Source: Candidatus Eiseniibacteriota bacterium
GTDB lineage: Bacteria; Eisenbacteria; RBG-16-71-46; CAVPCR01
Length of the DNA stretch: 64,000 bases
Direction: 5' to 3'
Assembly (NCBI GenBank): GCA_963702435.1
Contig: CAVPCR010000002.1
Span: forward strand, 20,999 to 84,998
Both the position numbers and the translations under genes were made by a program. Shown one piece after another: positions 42,393 through 53,400 of the stretch. The stretch's first letter is position 1. Every line of letters begins with the position of its first letter. The notes beneath the pieces were generated by a model that worked only from the letters and a program-made list of their open reading frames with translations, was not told the DNA's origin and did no database searches.

Positions 42393-44596
42393 TCCGTGAT
42401 CTCCGCGCGCAGGAGGTCGAAGATCTCGCGATCCAGCTCGCGGATCCGCTCGTAGCGGTGGCGGGCCACCTCGAGCTCCTCGCCGAGCTTCTTGAAGCCG
42501 CGGTCGATCTCGCGCTCGTCCTCCGACGAGGACCAGATGCGGAAGACCGTCTCCTCGATCGCCGGTGCCTCCGGGTAATTGCCCAGGATCAGATCGATCT
42601 CGCCGACCACCAGCTCGAACATGTTGAGCTTCAGGTGCAGGATGTCGAGCACGCGCGACTCGAGGGTCGCCTGCGCTGAGAAGTTGTGGACGAAGACCTC
42701 CTGCTCCTGCCCCAGGCGATGAACGCGTCCGATCCGCTGCTCGACCTTCATCGGGTTCCAGGGGAGGTCGAAGTTGATCACGCGCCGGCAGAACTGGAGG
42801 TTCCCGCCCTCGCCGCCGGCGTCGGTCGAGACCAGGATGCGCGCCGACTGCCGGAAGCGGCGGATCGCATCCTCGCGCTGGGCGTCGCTCATCCCGCCGT
42901 AGAAGGTGGCCACCTCGAGCCCGGCGGCGCGGAGCGCTTCCTCCAGGTAGCGGAGCGTGCCGCGGAACTGCGTGAAGATGATCGCCTTCTCGTCGTTCGC
43001 CGCGAGGAGCGCGGTGAGATGCTCGAGCTTGCTCGCCCCGTCGATCGTACGGGCGCGGGCGGCCAGCGACTCGGCCTCGGCGCGCACGGCGGGAACGGGC
43101 GCCCGGTCCTTGAGCTTCTCGAGCGTGTGCACCGCGGCGCGCGTCGAGCTCCCGATCTCCTTCTGCAAGACGAGGAGCGTCAGGTGCCAGCCGGCAGCGG
43201 CCTTCCGGAGGTCCTGATCCCGGCAGGTGTGGCGCACGAAGCGGGTCACATCGTCGTAGAGCGCGCGCTCGGCCGGGTTCAAGGCGACGAACACGGTCTC
43301 CGCCGTCCGCCGCGGGAAGGGGATCGCCGTGTCCTCGCGCCGCGTGCGCACCATGACCTGGCGCAGGCGGCGCCCGAGGCCCTGCGGATTCCGCGGCATG
43401 CGCTTGTCGCCGCGGGCGACGTGGGTGCGGCGGAACTCGCCCGCGGTGCCGAGGGTGCCGGGCCGGAGGAGCGTGACCAGGTTGTACAGCTCGCGCAGGT
43501 CGTTGTGCACCGGGGTCGCGGTCAGGAGCAGGAGGCGGCGGCTGGCGAGCGCCGAGGCGAAACCGTAGCTCAGGGTGCGATGGTTCTTGAGCCGATGCGC
43601 CTCGTCGACGATGACGATGTCGAAGTGCTCGGCGAGGATCTCCTCCTGATTGCGGCCGACGCGAGCGGTGTCGAGCGTCGTGATGAGGAGGGGATGCCCG
43701 CGGAAACGTTCGCCGCGGCGCCGGATGTGGAAGTTGAGCCCGAACTTGATCCGGAGCTCGTCCCGCCACTGGCGCTGGAGGGCGGCCGGCACCAGGATGA
43801 GCGCGCGGCGCACGAGCCCGCGCAGCACGTACTCGGAGAGGATGAGCCCGGCCTCGATCGTCTTGCCGAGACCCACCTCGTCGGCGAGGAGGGCGCGCCC
43901 GCGCATCTCCTCGACCACCTGGCGCACCGCGCGCTCCTGGTGCTGATAGCGGATGACGTCGCGCACCGTGTCGAAGGCGAGGATCTCGGTCGCCGCGCGG
44001 CGCGCGTTGAGCTCCTCGGCCATGAGCTTCAGGCGCACCTCGCGATACGAGTCGAGCTGCCCGCGCCGGTAGCGCGCGAGGATCGCCTGGTGCGAGCGAT
44101 CGGCGAGGAGCACCGGACTCCGGAAGGGGCTCTCCTTGCGGCGGGTGCGCAGCGGCCTGGCGGCGGCGGCCGCCTCGGCGGCCGCCACGGCGGCAGCGGC
44201 GCGGCGCCGGGCGGCCTCGTGGGCCGCGGCGCGGGCCGCCGCGTCGGGCGCGGACTCCTCCGGCGACGAGCCCCCCGGGTCGAACGCCGCCTCGCGATCG
44301 ACGAGAGCGAGATCGGATGCCGGCGGCGCGGGCGTGCGGTGCGCGAGCTCGCTTCGACGCTCGTCGCGGCGATCCCCCCGTCCTTCCCCGTGCCGCTCGC
44401 CGCGCCGCTCCTCCCCCGGCGCCGGATCGCGGCCGACGATGTCCGGGTGGATGGACGTCAGGCGGCGGAGCTCATCGGCGAAGGCCACCTCGAGGATGTC
44501 GTAGAAGCCCCGCTCCCGGACCTCGACGACGAGCCCCGTGCCGAAGCGCGCATGCACGAGCCGATCCCCGACGCGATAGTGAGGGCGCCCGTTCAT
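42389..44596 (-). CDS. SNF2-family helicase (YqhH/RapA-like)
   Basis: LLADEVGLGKTIEAG, VDEAHRL, LLTATPVHN, STDAGGEGGNLQF, DLPWNPMKVEQRIGRVHRLGQ. Confidence 0.92.
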   Translation of the reverse strand: MNGRPHYRVGDRLVHARFGTGLVVEVRERGFYDILEVAFADELRRLTSIHPDIVGRDPAPGEERRGERHGEGRGDRRDERRSELAHRTPAPPASDLALVDREAAFDPGGSSPEESAPDAAARAAAHEAARRRAAAAVAAAEAAAAARPLRTRRKESPFRSPVLLADRSHQAILARYRRGQLDSYREVRLKLMAEELNARRAATEILAFDTVRDVIRYQHQERAVRQVVEEMRGRALLADEVGLGKTIEAGLILSEYVLRGLVRRALILVPAALQRQWRDELRIKFGLNFHIRRRGERFRGHPLLITTLDTARVGRNQEEILAEHFDIVIVDEAHRLKNHRTLSYGFASALASRRLLLLTATPVHNDLRELYNLVTLLRPGTLGTAGEFRRTHVARGDKRMPRNPQGLGRRLRQVMVRTRREDTAIPFPRRTAETVFVALNPAERALYDDVTRFVRHTCRDQDLRKAAAGWHLTLLVLQKEIGSSTRAAVHTLEKLKDRAPVPAVRAEAESLAARARTIDGASKLEHLTALLAANDEKAIIFTQFRGTLRYLEEALRAAGLEVATFYGGMSDAQREDAIRRFRQSARILVSTDAGGEGGNLQFCRRVINFDLPWNPMKVEQRIGRVHRLGQEQEVFVHNFSAQATLESRVLDILHLKLNMFELVVGEIDLILGNYPEAPAIEETVFRIWSSSEDEREIDRGFKKLGEELEVARHRYERIRELDREIFDLLRAEITE

Positions 44597-44695
44597 CGGA
44601 TGGGTGGGACCTCTTGCTGCATGGTGCCGGACCGTCTCTGCGCGAGCGCGCCACGCGGGGTGGCTCGCGGCCGATGGTGGAATCCGCCTCGCGTC

Positions 44696-45283
44696 TTACT
44701 TGATGAGATAGAAGTGGAACCCGGCGGCGGCCTCGACCGTGGCCGAGAACGCGTCCCCGCCGAGGAGACCGTTCAGGCGCACCGAGAGATCCACCGAGGT
44801 CGCGCGGCGGACGAAGATCTCGGCGCCGCCGCCCGCGACGAGGATGAGTCCGTCGGAGGCCGGAGCGAGCTGCCCGTTTTCGCGCACATCGGAGGGGTGG
44901 TAGAGCCCGCCCCCGAAGACCGCGTACTGCGAGCGGCCCTCCCCGCGGTTGAAGTACCGGAGGTACTCGACGGTGACATTGGCGAGCTTCAGCTTGTCGG
45001 GCCCGACCGTCTCGCCCTGATCGGCCCCCGGCCCGAAGGTCTGGCTCTCGAAGGAGATCCCCAGGGCCTGCGGTCCGCCGAGGGCATAGCGGATGCGAAC
45101 CCCGAACCCCGCCCCGTGGTCGTACTCCTCGGCGAAGTCCGAAGCGCCGAAGATGAGCCCGTACTGCCCCTGGATCCCGAGGCTCAGGGTGCCGGGCCGC
45201 TCCTGGGCCGCCGCGGGACTGACCACGACCACAGCCAGGGCCATGACGATCGTCCCGGCAACCGCCGCCAGTCTGGCGTTCAC
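44696..45283 (-). CDS. Outer membrane beta-barrel protein (8-strand type)
   Basis: Signal ending AAA; alternating aromatic strands; terminal AGFHFY; RBS GAGGAGG. Confidence 0.75.
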   Translation of the reverse strand: MNARLAAVAGTIVMALAVVVVSPAAAQERPGTLSLGIQGQYGLIFGASDFAEEYDHGAGFGVRIRYALGGPQALGISFESQTFGPGADQGETVGPDKLKLANVTVEYLRYFNRGEGRSQYAVFGGGLYHPSDVRENGQLAPASDGLILVAGGGAEIFVRRATSVDLSVRLNGLLGGDAFSATVEAAAGFHFYLIK

Positions 45284-45435
45284 GATGGCGTTCCTCCTCG
45301 CACGGGGGAGAGAAGACCGCTGGTCCTCGATCCGCCTCCGGGGGATGGCGGGCGCCTGGCGAGCCTCGAGGCTCGCAGCCGGGGGGTGGCCATGGTCGCC
45401 CGCGAACCGGAGCGAATCCGAGACAAAAGAGTGTA

Positions 45436-46371
45436 TCAGCCCCGGGGATGGAATCGGGAATGAACCTCGCGGAGGGCGTCCCGCTCGACGTGGGTGTAGA
45501 TCTGGGTGGTCGTGATCGAGGCATGGCCGAGGAGGTCCTGAACGACCCGGAGATCCGCCCCCCCCATGAGCAGATGGGTCGCGCAGGCGTGTCGCAGGAG
45601 ATGCGGCCCGATCGGCCGCCCGGGCCGGAGGAGGCCGCTCGCGCGGGCGTGGCGCTTGAGGATGTCGAACACGCCGGCCCGGGTCAGAGCCCCGCCCCGG
45701 TGGTTGAGAAAGACCGGCGGCTCGCCCCGGCTGCTCCGGCGGCGCGCGAGGAGCGCCGGCCGGCTCGCATCCAGGTAGCGCGTGAGAGCGGCGATGGCCG
45801 GGCGGCCGAGGGGGACAGCGCGCTCCTTCCCCCCCTTCCCGAAGCAGACGAGGTAGCCCTGGTCCACGTGCAATGACCCGGCGATGAGACCGGTCACCTC
45901 GGAGACGCGCATGCCCGTTGCATAGAGCACCTCGAGGAGAGCGCGGTCCCGCACCCCGAGGATGGAGTCCGCATCCGGAGTGGCGAGGAGCGCGTCGATC
46001 TCCTCGATCGAAATCGTGCGCGGCAGTCGCCGCCTGACGCGGGGCCGGCCGAGATCGAGGGCCGGGTTCCGCGCGATGAAACCGCTGCTCGTGAGGTAGG
46101 CGAGAAAGCCGCGGAGCGCCGACTGGTGCCGGGCGACCGAGGTGGCCTTGAGCCCGGCGTCGGCCAGGAAGCGCATGTGCGCGGCCAGCCGGCTGTACGA
46201 AACCCCCCTCAGCTCATCCTCGTTCTCGATCCGCGCCGCATCGAGAAAGCACATCAGATCGCGCCCGTAAGCTTCCACGGAGCGAGGAGATAGACGGCGC
46301 TCGAGGGCCAGGTGATCGAGATAGGCCGCGAGCCGGCGACGGGCGGACCCCGCGGTAACCGTGCCGCTCAT
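45436..46371 (-). CDS. xerD: Tyrosine recombinase XerD
   Basis: RDRALLEVLYATGMRVSE, GKGGKER, PHLLRHACATHLL.GGADLRVVQDLLGHASITTTQIYTHV, HPRG terminus. Confidence 0.88.
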   Translation of the reverse strand: MSGTVTAGSARRRLAAYLDHLALERRLSPRSVEAYGRDLMCFLDAARIENEDELRGVSYSRLAAHMRFLADAGLKATSVARHQSALRGFLAYLTSSGFIARNPALDLGRPRVRRRLPRTISIEEIDALLATPDADSILGVRDRALLEVLYATGMRVSEVTGLIAGSLHVDQGYLVCFGKGGKERAVPLGRPAIAALTRYLDASRPALLARRRSSRGEPPVFLNHRGGALTRAGVFDILKRHARASGLLRPGRPIGPHLLRHACATHLLMGGADLRVVQDLLGHASITTTQIYTHVERDALREVHSRFHPRG

Positions 46372-46805
46372 GCGCTGGGGTCCTTCTCATCTAGAGGCCC
46401 CGGGGCCGCGAGCGACGCGCGCACGGCGGCAGGCATGGCCACGGGCCGCCGGTCGCGATCCACGCAGATGTGGGTCGTCGACCCGGTGGCGAGCAGACGG
46501 CCGTCACGGCGGAGCTCGTACGCGAAGTCCACCTGCCGGGAGCGGACGCGGCTCACGCGGGTGTGGATCTCGAACTCGTCGTCGTAGGCCAGGGGCTCGC
46601 GGAGCTCGCCGGAGAAGGTCGCTACCGGCATGAAGTAGCCGGCAGCCTCGAGCTCGCGGTAGGGAAGGCCGGCCGCGCGCATGTAGGACGTGCGGCCGAT
46701 CTCGAACCAGACGAGGAAGTTGGCGTTGTAGGCGATGCCCATGCCGTCGGTCTCCGCATAGCGGACGCGCTCGCGCACGACGACCGTGGGAGGAGCCATG
46801 CCCAT
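46368..46805 (-). CDS. Acyl-CoA thioesterase (YbgC/4HBT family)
   Basis: RVRYAETDGMGIAYNANFLVWFEIGR. Confidence 0.9.
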   Translation of the reverse strand: MGMAPPTVVVRERVRYAETDGMGIAYNANFLVWFEIGRTSYMRAAGLPYRELEAAGYFMPVATFSGELREPLAYDDEFEIHTRVSRVRSRQVDFAYELRRDGRLLATGSTTHICVDRDRRPVAMPAAVRASLAAPGPLDEKDPSA

Positions 46806-47077
46806 GGCGGCACGCTATCATCCCCGCTCCGACCCGGGCAAGCCGGGCGGCCGGAGCCCGGCCGGGGCCCGGCCGGAGCACGGGTCTTACCGGGGCCCGA
46901 CCCGGCCCGGCGGGGGCCGGCTTCCGCGCCGTCCGCCCGGGTTGACGGCCCCCGGCCTCCCCTGCTAGTCTCGCGGGTCCTTGTCCGGTACCTGCCGCGA
47001 ACGCGGCAGGCAACGATCGGCTCACGGCCCCCGGCCGCGGCCGGCAGCCACCATACAGCGGAAGGAACGAGAGACCG

Positions 47078-47332
47078 ATGCCGCATCACAAGTCAGCGGC
47101 CAAGCGCATGAAGACGAGCGAGAAGGCCCGGCTCAAGAACCGCGCCGTCAAGTCCCGCCTCAAGGGCGTGGTCAAGACGGCGGAGGACGCGCCGGCTCCC
47201 GAGGCGGCGACCGCGTTCAACGACGCCATGTCGGCGCTCGACCGGGCTGCGGCGAAGGGCATCATTCCGAAGCGCCGCGCCGACCGGAAGAAGTCCCGTC
47301 TCGCCAAGCGCCTCGTCAAGACGACGAGCTAG
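47078..47332 (+). CDS. rpsT: 30S ribosomal protein S20
   Basis: MPHHKSAAKRMK...LDRAAAKGIIPKRRADRKKSRL. Confidence 0.95.
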   Translation: MPHHKSAAKRMKTSEKARLKNRAVKSRLKGVVKTAEDAPAPEAATAFNDAMSALDRAAAKGIIPKRRADRKKSRLAKRLVKTTS

Positions 47333-47340
47333 GACGCGCC

Positions 47341-47778
47341 ATGGGGCCCAGGTCCCGGGCCCGTAACCTCCTCATCCTCCTCCTCGCGCTCGCCCTCGTG
47401 ACGCCGCGGCAGGATGCCGCGGCGGATACCGGCGAGGGCGCTTCCGACGCGCCTCCGTCCGCACCCTCGTTCCTGTCGCGCCACCGCCGGTCGCTCCTCA
47501 TCGCGACCGGCGCCGGGGCAGCCGCGGCGGGCATCGCGGCCATCGCATTCCGGCAGCGGGCCAACACGACGTACGACGAGTACCGGACCGCGGCCGACCC
47601 CGAGGAGATCGCCGCGCTCTACGACGAGACCGAGAGTCTCGACAACCGCGCTGCCGCCTGCTTCATCGCGAGCGAGGCCCTCTTCGTGGCCGCGCTCTAC
47701 CTCGGCTTCTTCGTTGAACCGGCACCGGTTCGCCTCGCCCCGGCGCCCGGGGGGCTCGCGCTGGCATGGCGCTTCTGA
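47341..47778 (+). CDS. Hypothetical exported/membrane protein
   Basis: Signal peptide, two hydrophobic helices, terminal LAWRF. Confidence 0.65.
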   Translation: MGPRSRARNLLILLLALALVTPRQDAAADTGEGASDAPPSAPSFLSRHRRSLLIATGAGAAAAGIAAIAFRQRANTTYDEYRTAADPEEIAALYDETESLDNRAAACFIASEALFVAALYLGFFVEPAPVRLAPAPGGLALAWRF

Positions 47779-49076
47779 GCCCGCCACCCGCCGGGGCGCG
47801 CCTCGCTCTCCCCGTCTCCCTCCTTCTCACCGGCGTCCTCGCTCTCGCCGCCGCCTCCTGCAGCAACCGCGAGCACCTGAATCCCCTCGATCCTGCCAAC
47901 CCGGAGACCGGCGGCGTCCCCTGGCGGTTCGCCGCGGTGGCCGCCGATCGTGCCGTGGATCTTCGCTGGGAGACGCAGGAATTGACAGACCTCGGCGGCT
48001 TCCACATCGTGCGCGCGGCGGGCGACAGCGCCGACTCGACCATCGCCACCGTCCCCTCCCGCACCGCCGCCTATCGCGACACGACCGTCGCCAACGGCGT
48101 CGACTACAGCTACCGCCTCGTGCCCTTCCTCGCGGACGGTCGCCCGGTCGCCCCCGACGGCCCCGTCTCCGCGACCCCCGGTCCGGCCGAGGTCTGGGTG
48201 GCCGACACCGGCGGCTTCGAGGTCGTGCGCATCGCTCCCGACGCCCGCGCGATCGCCCTCCGGGTCCGCGGCTTCCGCGCGCCCAACTCGGTCGCCGTCA
48301 GCGCGCGGGACGGCCTCGTCTGGGTGGCCGACTCCTTCGGCGGGCGCGTGGTGGCGCTCGCGCGCGACGGGACGCTCGTGCGCGCCGTCGAGGGCTTCGT
48401 CGTGCCGAAGGCGCTGTCGGTATCGCCCGCCGACGGGAGCGTATGGGTGGCCGACGAGCGCGCGGGCACGATCACCCACCTCACCGCCGGCGGGTCAGAG
48501 CTCGCCGCGATCGGCGGGCTCATCGAGCCCGCCGACGTGGCGGCGAATCCGCTCGACGGCTCCTGCTGGGCGGCCGATGCCGCGGCGGGCGAGGTGTGGC
48601 TCATCGCCGCCGACGGTGCGGTCCGCGCGCGCGTCGGCGGCTTCGGCGAGCCGACCCAGCTCGCCGCCGTCCATGCCGACGGCTCCTGCTGGGTGGCCGA
48701 CGACGATGCCGACCACGTCCTCCGCATCGCTCCCGACGGCGGCGCCACCCAGATCGTCTCGCCCGTGCCGCGCCCGTTCGGCCTCGCCGTGAACCAGGAG
48801 AACGAGGACCTGTGGGTCGGGAGCTTCGGCGCCGGCACGATCGAGCGGTACACGACGCGCGGCGGGCGGATCGATCTCATCGTGCGGGTGAGCGGCTTCG
48901 AGCGCCCGCTCGGGATCGCCGTGGATCCGATCGACGCGGGGTTGTGGGTCGTGGATTCCGGTCCCGGCGCGGTCGTGAAGCTCACGACCGCCGGGGTCGA
49001 GAGAGGTCGCGTGGGCGGCCTCTCCGTGCCCTTCGATGTGGACGTCGGGCCCGGGAGCGCCGGCCCCGTCAGATAG
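47766..49076 (+). CDS. Lipoprotein with FN3-like domain and NHL/beta-propeller repeats
   Basis: Lipobox LAAASC, NPLDP; repeated P..(V/L)AV...DG.(V/C)WVAD units. Confidence 0.82.
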   Translation: MALLSPPPAGARLALPVSLLLTGVLALAAASCSNREHLNPLDPANPETGGVPWRFAAVAADRAVDLRWETQELTDLGGFHIVRAAGDSADSTIATVPSRTAAYRDTTVANGVDYSYRLVPFLADGRPVAPDGPVSATPGPAEVWVADTGGFEVVRIAPDARAIALRVRGFRAPNSVAVSARDGLVWVADSFGGRVVALARDGTLVRAVEGFVVPKALSVSPADGSVWVADERAGTITHLTAGGSELAAIGGLIEPADVAANPLDGSCWAADAAAGEVWLIAADGAVRARVGGFGEPTQLAAVHADGSCWVADDDADHVLRIAPDGGATQIVSPVPRPFGLAVNQENEDLWVGSFGAGTIERYTTRGGRIDLIVRVSGFERPLGIAVDPIDAGLWVVDSGPGAVVKLTTAGVERGRVGGLSVPFDVDVGPGSAGPVR

Positions 49077-49083
49077 CTACCGC

Positions 49084-50292
49084 CTACTTCGCGCCGCGCT
49101 CGACCGCCGCCACAAGGCGGGCCCCGGCGTCGGGAATCCCGGCCCACACGCGCACCCAGTTGGGCACGAGCGGCGGCCCGAGCGGATCGGCCCGCACCTC
49201 GTCGATCGAGGTCCGCACCGCGCGCAGGAAGACGTGCACCGTCTCCTCCTCGCTGTGCCGGTCGTACTTGAGGCCGTTGATCGCGGCCATGGCGTAGCTG
49301 TCAGCCACCGCATCCTCGGCCTCGCGCTGGTAGGCGGCGAGGAGACTCCGGAGGACGCCCTCGGAGAGGTTCACCCCCGCTGCGGCCAGGGTGCGCAGGA
49401 GATGCTTGGTCACATCCCGCGCCATGCGATGGAGGCCGCGGCCCGGATCGCGGGCCGAGAGCTCCTGGTGCTTGTGCTCGTAGCGCTCGGCGATCTCGAC
49501 CTGTCCGATGCGGGCCGGCGCCCGATGGCGGAGAGCCTCGAAGAGGGTCACGATCTCGAGCCCCCAGTCGCAGGGCAGGCGCATGCGCTGCGCGAGGTCG
49601 CACTTGACGACGAACTCCCCGGCCAGCGCATAGCGGAAGGAGGCCAGGTAGCGCACGTAGGGATCGGCGCCGACGAGCCGCGTGAAGGCGGCGAGGAGCG
49701 GCGCCAGGAGGAGGCGGGTCACCCGCCCGTGCAGGCGATCGGTCACCCGCGCGTAATAGGCCTTGACGAAATCGAAGTCGATCGTCGGATCGATGGTCGG
49801 GAGCACGAGCCGGGCGAGCATCTCGCGGTTGTAGTTGACGACGTCGGCATCCTGGAAGGCGATGTACTCGACGCGCTCCTCGGCCAGGATGTAGCCGATG
49901 GCGAGCCACACGGCGCGGCCCTTCCCGGGCTCCCCCGTGTAGAGGTTCGCCGCGCGCATCTGGGCCAGGAACCGGCGCACGGCCGGCGACTCGTTCCACA
50001 GGATGACCAGGCGGCCCGGATAGCGGGCGAAGAAGGCGACGGCCCGCGCATGATCGCTCGCCGTGGCTCGATTGAGCGATACGACCAGCGTGTCGAGATA
50101 GCCCACCGCGGAGAGCTCGCCGATGATGCGGCGGAGCGCCGGCCGCTCCATCTCGCCGGGGATCATGGGGATGACGAGCGCCACCGGAAAGCGCACGGCG
50201 AGCTTCTCGACGTGCGCCTCGATGTCGGCGAGCGGACGCTCGACCAGGCGCGGGAGCGCGGTGACCGGCCCGTGCTGATGGAAGTCGCTCAT
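49084..50292 (-). CDS. Glucosyl-3-phosphoglycerate synthase-like glycosyltransferase
   Basis: MSDFHQHG, GKGRAVW, DAD, FVKAYYAR...LHGRVTRL, FRYALAGEF, DWGLEI, YEHKHQ. Confidence 0.8.
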   Translation of the reverse strand: MSDFHQHGPVTALPRLVERPLADIEAHVEKLAVRFPVALVIPMIPGEMERPALRRIIGELSAVGYLDTLVVSLNRATASDHARAVAFFARYPGRLVILWNESPAVRRFLAQMRAANLYTGEPGKGRAVWLAIGYILAEERVEYIAFQDADVVNYNREMLARLVLPTIDPTIDFDFVKAYYARVTDRLHGRVTRLLLAPLLAAFTRLVGADPYVRYLASFRYALAGEFVVKCDLAQRMRLPCDWGLEIVTLFEALRHRAPARIGQVEIAERYEHKHQELSARDPGRGLHRMARDVTKHLLRTLAAAGVNLSEGVLRSLLAAYQREAEDAVADSYAMAAINGLKYDRHSEEETVHVFLRAVRTSIDEVRADPLGPPLVPNWVRVWAGIPDAGARLVAAVERGAK

Positions 50293-50415
50293 GGTCCCTC
50301 CTTCTCCAACCGGCGGACGCGGGCGGGAGAGATCCGGGGGAGTCGCCGGAGATGAGCCTAGCGGCAGGCGGGCGATGGAACAAGGTGAATGAGGCGCCGG
50401 GATGAGGCGCTGCTT

Positions 50416-53400
50416 CTAGTACCCGAACCCGATCGAGAACTCGGTGTTGGCCTGGTCGGCGATCGTGTGGAAATCGGTGGGCCAGGCGATGTCGACGCGG
50501 AGCCGCGGGTACGGCCCGCCGCCCACGAAGAAGCCGACGCCGACGCTCCCGTAGAGCGCTTCGCCCCGGACATCGTCGCCGACCCAGGCCGCATCGGCGA
50601 AGCAGGAACCGTAGAAGACCGGGAGGTCCATGGCCCCGGTGGGCATGGCGACGACCATCCGCTGGACGAGCGGGAAGCGGATCTCCTGGTTGAGGAGGAG
50701 GAGCCGCTGTCCCGCCACCGAGCGATGCGGATATCCGCGCAGGCTGAAGGCTCCGCCCACGTAGTAGCGCTGCCCCTCGTCGCCGAAGCTCACCCGGGCC
50801 TGGCCGCGGACGGCGTAAGTCATGTCGCCCGCGATCCGGCGATACCAGCGGTAGTCCCCGAGCACGCTCACGTAGTCGCCGATCCCGGCGCCGAGGTCGG
50901 TGGTGAGCCCGAGCGTGACGCCGTAGCGGACGCCGTCGAAGGGGCCGATCCGCGACCACAAGGTCGAGTCGTGCACGTAGGAAAAGAGGTTCGAGACGAA
51001 GTAGGTGTCGCCCTGCACGCCGGAGCGATAGAGATGGTTCGTGATGCGGCGGGCGACGAGCGAGGTTTCGATGCGATTGAACCGGCTCAGCGGATAGCTC
51101 GCGAGGAAGAGTCCGCCCAGGCGGCTCTCCTGCAGGAAGAGATCGAGGTCCGCGTTGTAGGTGCGCGCGAGGCGGAAGGCGCCGAGCGCCCAGTTGATGC
51201 GGCGCTTCGAGTTGTAGTAGGTGACGCCGACGTCGAAGGCGTCGAGGAAGCTCCCGCCGTCCCCACCCTCGTTGGCGATGAAGAGGAGGATCTGCTCGTT
51301 GTTGAGGAGATCCGAGAAGGCGATCTGGCCGCCGCCCCCGCCGCCGAAGTCAGGATCGAAGGCCACTCCTCCCTGGATGAGATCGAGCGCGAAGCGGCGC
51401 TGGTAGCCGCTCACCGGATAGGTCGTGTCGGGGGTCGCCGGCTCCCAGCGCGCGTTCGCCTCCCGGTCGGGACCGTCGAGATCAGTGAGCGCATCCGGCG
51501 GCCAGCTCGGGACCGGATCGACGAGGCCCATCTCCTCGCGGCCGAAGAGCATGGCGAGAGCGGGTGCGACGGAGGCCGGCTCCGGTGCCGCCGGCGGGGG
51601 CTCCTCCGCCGCGGGGAGTTCCACGACGGGGGTGGCGTAGATGGCGAAGGTCTGCTCGACGAAGGTCGTGAAGAGGAGGCTCTTCCCGTCGGGCGTCCAC
51701 TCCGGATCGAGGGCCGCGGTCTGGAAGCGCCGGAGCGGGGTGACCCGCCCACCGAGATCGGCGACGTAGAGATCGAAGGTCCCCTCCTGCCGGTCGGAGC
51801 GGAACGCGATCCGCTCGCCGTCGGGCGCGAAGGAGGGCTCGGAGTCCTCGTGGGAACCGCTCGTGAGCGCCGTGATCGCGCCGCTCTCGAGATCGAGGAG
51901 ATAGAGGTTCGTCGCACCGCTCGGCCCCTCGGAGCAGCGATCGGACGCGAAGACGATCGTCCTCCCGTCCGGCGACCAGTCGGGGTCCCGATCGTCGTAG
52001 AGATCGCTCGTGAGCGCGGCGAGGCCCGTCCCGTCGCGAGCGACCCGGTAGAGATCGCGGTGCCCCGCGACATCGACACCGCTCATCACGATGGATCGTC
52101 CGTCGGGCGACCACGCCGGCGAGCCGAGGGCGACGAGCGACGGGAAGTCGAGGGTCGTTAGGCGCCGGCGCCGGTCCACGTCCACGATGTGCAGCACGTC
52201 GCGGGCGCCGGAGCGGGCCACGAACACGACCTCGCGCGCCGCATTCACGTCGAGCGCGCTCTCGAAGAAGTGGAGGCTCTCGAACTCCTCGCTCGAGCCG
52301 CCCTTGGCGAGGAGGATGGGCGGCGGCGCCTTCTCCGGCGGCACGCCGGCCTCGTAGCGGCCATGGCGAAGGCCCGCGTATCCGCCGTGGCTCGAGAGGA
52401 ATACGAGCTCGAGATCGCCTTCCGCGGCGTCCGCCGTGTTCCCTGCCGTCGCCGTGTCCGCCGGCGACGGCACCGGACATGCCGCCACGTTGAAGTCCCC
52501 GTGCCCGACCACCCGCCGGGCGGCAACGTCCACCGCCTCCCGCTCCCTGACCTGCGGGTAGTAGCACCGCCGGAGCTCCGCGGTCCACGCCGTGTTGAGC
52601 TCGGCGGTCGTGACGCCGAGGATCTCGTTCGTCAGCACGTCGAACTTGTCGCTCTTCCACCATCGCTTCAGGTACTCGAGCACCTTGTCGCGCCCGTGCT
52701 TCTCGGCGATGAAGAGGAGGATCGACTGGCCTTCCTTGTACATCTGGAAAGTGCCGTCGATCGTCCACAGGTCCTCGATCGGGACCAGGCGGTCGTGGAT
52801 CACGCAATCGCGGAGGACCATGTCGGCCCGTGCGTCCCAGTCGGTGGCCAGGAACTCGGCGAGCCCCTCCACGTACCAGAGCGGAGGATAGGAGTAGCGG
52901 GTCTTCTTGTGCGCGCGCATGTCCTGGGCGAGCTTCTCGAGCATGAGGGCATGCACGAGCTCGTGGCGCACGACCCAGCGGAGCCGATGGTAGGAGCCCG
53001 TGTGCGGGACGAGGACCCGGCCCTTGATGAGATCGGTGAGCCCGCCCACCTCCTCGGGCACGATCGAGGGCGTCACGTTCGTCTGCTCGAAGTCGCGATG
53101 CGTCGAGTAGAGGAGGAACGGGATCCGCCCCGCGCGGAGCGAGTCGAGCTCCATCTCGGCCATGAGCTCGATGCACGCTTCTTCGGCCATCGCCGCCACC
53201 CAGTGCGCGAGCTCCCGCTCCTCCGGGTAGAAGTGGAGCGAGAGATGCGGAGTCTCCATCACCTGCCAGGTCAAGTCGGTGTACTGGACCTTGTTCTTCC
53301 CGAAGAAGAGCTGCGCGCGGGCCGGGGCGGCGGCGGCCAGGAGGAAGAGCGCGGCGGCGAGAGCCGGAACGGCGGGCGCGCGAAGGAGCCGGGCGAGACG

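Noticed and set aside
45436-46371. Tyrosine recombinase as a prophage or island integrase
   Set aside because: Size and motifs fit housekeeping XerD, it is coupled to a thioesterase gene, and there are no phage genes nearby
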